DNA of 25,838 nucleotides. Origin: a virus. Taxonomy: Duplodnaviria; Caudoviricetes. Below the pieces are notes generated by a model, which saw only the letters and a list, made by a program, of their open reading frames with translations, was not told the origin of the DNA and ran no database searches. The position numbers and the translations under genes were made by a program. Below, piece after piece: positions 23,401 to 25,838 of this stretch. The stretch lies in the IMG/VR virus record IMGVR_UViG_3300037991_005720, positions 1 through 25,838 of that record; one strand, written 5' to 3'. Numbering within the stretch: the stretch's first letter is position 1; every line of letters begins with the position of its first letter.

Positions 23401-25838
23401 ACACTTACGGTCATAATTCATCTGTAGCAGGATTCTTTATCGATGTAACAAACGGGCGAGTCGGATATATAGGAAACGGCAACTCAGCCCAGTGGCTAAA
23501 GTTAGCAATCAAAGAAGAAAACGGATTCTACAAAGTTACAGCCCATTTCAAAGACCCTTTATTCCCATCCACAAAAGATGGATACATGGTTTTGACACCA
23601 AAGCTAGACTCTGCTGCAAACTTGTACACCACAGGCACTTTCGGAGGAGCTCCTGCTGGAGCTAGAGATCTAGCTTGGCATAGTTTCCAAGTCGAAAAAA
23701 CACAATACGGAACACTCAGTGAAGAGAAGTTAACAAACGGAGATTTCTCAAGCGATACCATTTGGTTTAAGAGTTCAGCTTTCTCTATCGCAAATGGAAA
23801 AGCAAATTTCTCTGGGTCATCAACTGGAAAAATATCTCAGAAATGCCACTTCAACAGAGCAAGAACATATCAGTTAACTTTCACTGTTTCTGATTCATCT
23901 TCCACAGCCAGAATTTTCATTGGCAATCACGATGGAAACAAAAGCTATAATCCTTTGCAATCTGGTTACAGCAATTTCGCAAATGGAACTCACACAGTGG
24001 ACCTCAAGGTGACAAATAGTAATGAAGGCTTGCTAGATAGCTCCAACGCAAACGGAGTTCCAAGAGACTTAGCAATATGGGGGCATTCAGACAATGGCAG
24101 TTTCAAGTTAGACAATGTAAGCCTAAAAGAGAAGCAGGTAGAAATAGTTACAAACGGATCATTTGCTGCCGACAGCGACTGGACTAAAGCTGCCGACTGG
24201 ACAATCAGCGGAGGCAAAGCAAACCTAAATACCACAACAACAGGAAGAACACTAGCTCAAAACTCTATCGGACAAGGTGGAGGAAGTTATGAAGTAACAT
24301 ATACAGTTTCCAACTACGTAGCAGGGGATGTAAGAATAAAGCTAGGAAATGCTTATGGCGAAACAAGAAACGCCAACGGAACATACACTGACATTATCAC
24401 GCCAATAATTCCAATGGAAGGCACAGAGTCAGGAGTAACTTGGACAGACAGAGCAGCAGAAGTTGCTAATCTTCATTTCGAAAACGTAACAGCCACAACT
24501 AATCTCTCAATCGATAATGTTTCGATGAAAGAGAGAATAGAAATACCTCGAGCTTATCAAGAAACACCCACCACTCCGAACGGAAACGTACCATTCGGAG
24601 GTGTAACTGACGCACCAAACAGTGATGCAGGGGACACAGACGCAAGCACTTTGGGTGGCTTCTTGAATAAAGAAAATTTATTCTTAAACAGTGAAGATTT
24701 CACAGATGGAATATGGCTCAAAAGCAATGTTTTAGTCGAAAAAAGCGATATAACTGACCCATTTGATGGTTACAACAGTTACCTCATAACATCAGATGCC
24801 AACGGAATCGGAGCTATACTACAAGACAACCTAACAACAACTGATGATAAATACGTGGTTTCTGTTTACCTTAAAAAAGGAACAATGGATACCGTGCAAT
24901 TCGGGCTAGTTGACCAAGGAAGCGCATCAGTTAGGGCAGAAGTAAATCTTACTGATGGAACTATATCTTCTTCAGCAGGTTCTCCAACAGAAATGACCAT
25001 AACACCAGTGGGTTCTGATGGTTGGTTTAGATGTAGTTTAGCTTATACTTTACCAGCAGGAGGCTCTGATACTTTCCAGTTGAGATCAGGTTCAACTAGC
25101 AAGAGTGGCGAAAATTTTTATGCTTTCGGTTACCAAGTAAACACTGGTTCATTGAAGGATTATCAAAAAACTACTGGAACAGCTTTGACTGGAAATATCC
25201 ACGTAGTTCAATGGATAGGACAAGGTGGAATCAGAGGATTCGTGCAAGACACAGCAAGCCTACAACCAAGATTAGCTGCTGGTGGGGAGCTTGTGAAAGA
25301 CAGCAATGGAATACAAAGTGTTGATTTCAATTCACAGAGAATGACATCTGAGAATGATTTGAAGGACTACACAAGGCTGGATACGTTCATGCACTTGGAA
25401 ACAAGTGATGAACAGTGGATCTTGTTTTCTGATTCTTCATCAACTGACAAATATGGATTTACAGTTCAGAATGGCGACACTTCTAACAACAGCACTGCTG
25501 ACGCTCAAAATTACGGTTACAATCATTTGTTTTTTGTAGACAATAAACAGACTACAGGAAACACAAGAAACGAAATGCATGACAGACTAAGCGGTAAACC
25601 TCATGTGCTTTCCGTGAAAAATGCAGCAACAATAGGTTGGGGTGATGTTTCAATCGGAAAATGGGACGTTAGTTCAGATTGGGACTTTAAGGGCAAAATA
25701 TCTGAGATTGTAATGTATGGCAATGTTGTACCTGACGATTCAAGGTCAGAGGTAACATACGAAATGCTACAGGCAAAAGGTATAAACTTAGTAGACTCAG
25801 ATTTCTCAACAAGTGATGGATTCACACTAGCAGCAAGT
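20460..25838 (+). CDS. Giant multi-domain fibre/spike (adhesin-like) protein, partial, at least 1793 aa (absent from the ORF track)
   Basis: ATG at 20460 (MPKGLGSNFGK...). Spot checks stay in one frame to the window end (...LVDSDFSTSDGFTLAAS), and the track lists no stop-terminated + ORF here. Repeated NL..NSE/GWYR modules, PRFDY...GLLIE, and repeated ELVTNGDFS modules. Confidence 0.85.
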   Translation, partial: MPKGLGSNFGKFGKNYDRKNPISLDIKFDQDQDANWDEIGLVHTRPCSAIQRNSNGALVFAPENRIANSENLAALLTNNTSAGGGATVEAASSITDPFGGNAAYKIKEAASSAGNIYHTKFHTVTGLKTGEQYICSIYARAGETHGLFLESHGASTSKDHARFGLGGDKGRQGGGAGAATKSGYIERINNDWYRLSIVTVAASNQIHFGVRVLRQYSVVGNESTGDGNTGLYLFGMQIERCIKRTGVNSQNTHVFMPDYHKPSAYKKTTGTAYYGPRFDYDIDGNAKGLLIEQESTNLITHSQKVIAGTGWSATNITTDANATEAPTGEKEASRIKTTTASGLHIIGPASTPSIPASTNFTYSVYLKKDSTDYAKIYHNDSNSMMLQVDLNKGKITNTGSINGRSFIEDAGNGWYRVGYNHKTPSTHAVGSMFIYPTDVNGTINHSGNEWSIFAWGVQVELGGAASSLIPTFGATATRSTDVVKITGDNFTKFFNPNQGTVVFEGSVIKGLKEDSVYNRLFEFHNGSNNNDRILAYLNNSQVAVGSLRSGGTTQISAGGTNSKTTSGDVFNFSLTYGENYFKPNADQRNSTTTTSLTLPTGINTLNIGTDRPNAKGLNGWVKKFTYHKRKRSEDWNQQSTKNLNVLSEVRGGLSALSLRNVSGKPKQKVVRVRRGLDDIEQDFTALQVADGSLASFCKFNTDTLPLNKALPVAELVTNGDFSSATGWTLSGATISGGKLNFANSVFDTAKPAGLKGDNVSNYRMSFTVDSISGALLFIWPGGFFNPTITSAGSYVYESTSPSSNEFIMANNGGPIVIDDFSVKKITADGNEVAGMGVSTRKISSATLDPAMIVRRADDNIEAIVNYDSNGVISANSSIANPSYNLVPNSKDMEDWDNDETPQIGQNYRIEDGVTDAFGTNTAQRLHTTSYSNSIPRQRVAIEKGEDYTLTAYVEKKTISGGYAPTILLYPYDINKVQPVYNTYGHNSSVAGFFIDVTNGRVGYIGNGNSAQWLKLAIKEENGFYKVTAHFKDPLFPSTKDGYMVLTPKLDSAANLYTTGTFGGAPAGARDLAWHSFQVEKTQYGTLSEEKLTNGDFSSDTIWFKSSAFSIANGKANFSGSSTGKISQKCHFNRARTYQLTFTVSDSSSTARIFIGNHDGNKSYNPLQSGYSNFANGTHTVDLKVTNSNEGLLDSSNANGVPRDLAIWGHSDNGSFKLDNVSLKEKQVEIVTNGSFAADSDWTKAADWTISGGKANLNTTTTGRTLAQNSIGQGGGSYEVTYTVSNYVAGDVRIKLGNAYGETRNANGTYTDIITPIIPMEGTESGVTWTDRAAEVANLHFENVTATTNLSIDNVSMKERIEIPRAYQETPTTPNGNVPFGGVTDAPNSDAGDTDASTLGGFLNKENLFLNSEDFTDGIWLKSNVLVEKSDITDPFDGYNSYLITSDANGIGAILQDNLTTTDDKYVVSVYLKKGTMDTVQFGLVDQGSASVRAEVNLTDGTISSSAGSPTEMTITPVGSDGWFRCSLAYTLPAGGSDTFQLRSGSTSKSGENFYAFGYQVNTGSLKDYQKTTGTALTGNIHVVQWIGQGGIRGFVQDTASLQPRLAAGGELVKDSNGIQSVDFNSQRMTSENDLKDYTRLDTFMHLETSDEQWILFSDSSSTDKYGFTVQNGDTSNNSTADAQNYGYNHLFFVDNKQTTGNTRNEMHDRLSGKPHVLSVKNAATIGWGDVSIGKWDVSSDWDFKGKISEIVMYGNVVPDDSRSEVTYEMLQAKGINLVDSDFSTSDGFTLAAS

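Noticed and set aside
2827-25825. Numerous minus-strand and alternate-frame ORFs in the track (e.g. 2827-3144, 6818-7240, 7475-7930, 22334-22660)
   Set aside because: They are shadows of well-supported + strand genes, mostly Ser/Leu/Phe-rich as expected from the antisense of A-rich coding DNA.
492-25838. Stop-codon reassignment (several genes end in TAG)
   Set aside because: TAG-terminated genes encode complete domains, and long genes read through under the standard code without fragmentation.
18519-25838. Diversity-generating retroelement or invertible cassette acting on the fibre genes
   Set aside because: No reverse transcriptase or recombinase is in the window, and I saw no near-identical DNA repeats differing at adenines. 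The repeats are diverged and visible only at protein level.

Overview
This is a 25.8-kb fragment of a lytic-looking dsDNA tailed bacteriophage, with almost all genes on the + strand. In order it carries: a divergent small lipoprotein and a GT32-type glycosyltransferase; early and recombination genes (RHH regulator, gamma-glutamylcyclotransferase, OB-fold SSB-like protein, SbcC/Rad50-like ATPase); a ~1.1-kb protein-free interval (5364-6483); a lysis cassette (holin-like, TM-four-helix-bundle-TM protein, PG-binding+CHAP endolysin); an SNase, a DenV-like glycosylase, a PD-(D/E)XK nuclease, ParB-N and DUF3127; a second RHH, an initiator-like protein and a T7 gp4-like primase-helicase; KhpA-like KH, SWIM and HNH proteins; and virion fibre/adhesin genes. 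The last of these is a >1790-codon ORF (20460 to the window end) that the supplied ORF track omits. Four observations stand out. (1) An apparently self-contained ~650-nt non-coding RNA operon has its own sigma70 promoter, an rrn-like hairpin+boxA leader, four separately closed structured domains (two with tRNA T-arms, one pseudoknotted) and an intrinsic terminator. (2) A chemoreceptor-type sensor domain with no signalling domain sits between the holin and endolysin. (3) A GGGCAACA operator-like motif recurs in promoter spacers. (4) The phage encodes a KhpA-like RNA-binding protein. All family assignments come from motif recognition by eye, and no searches or folding programs were run.
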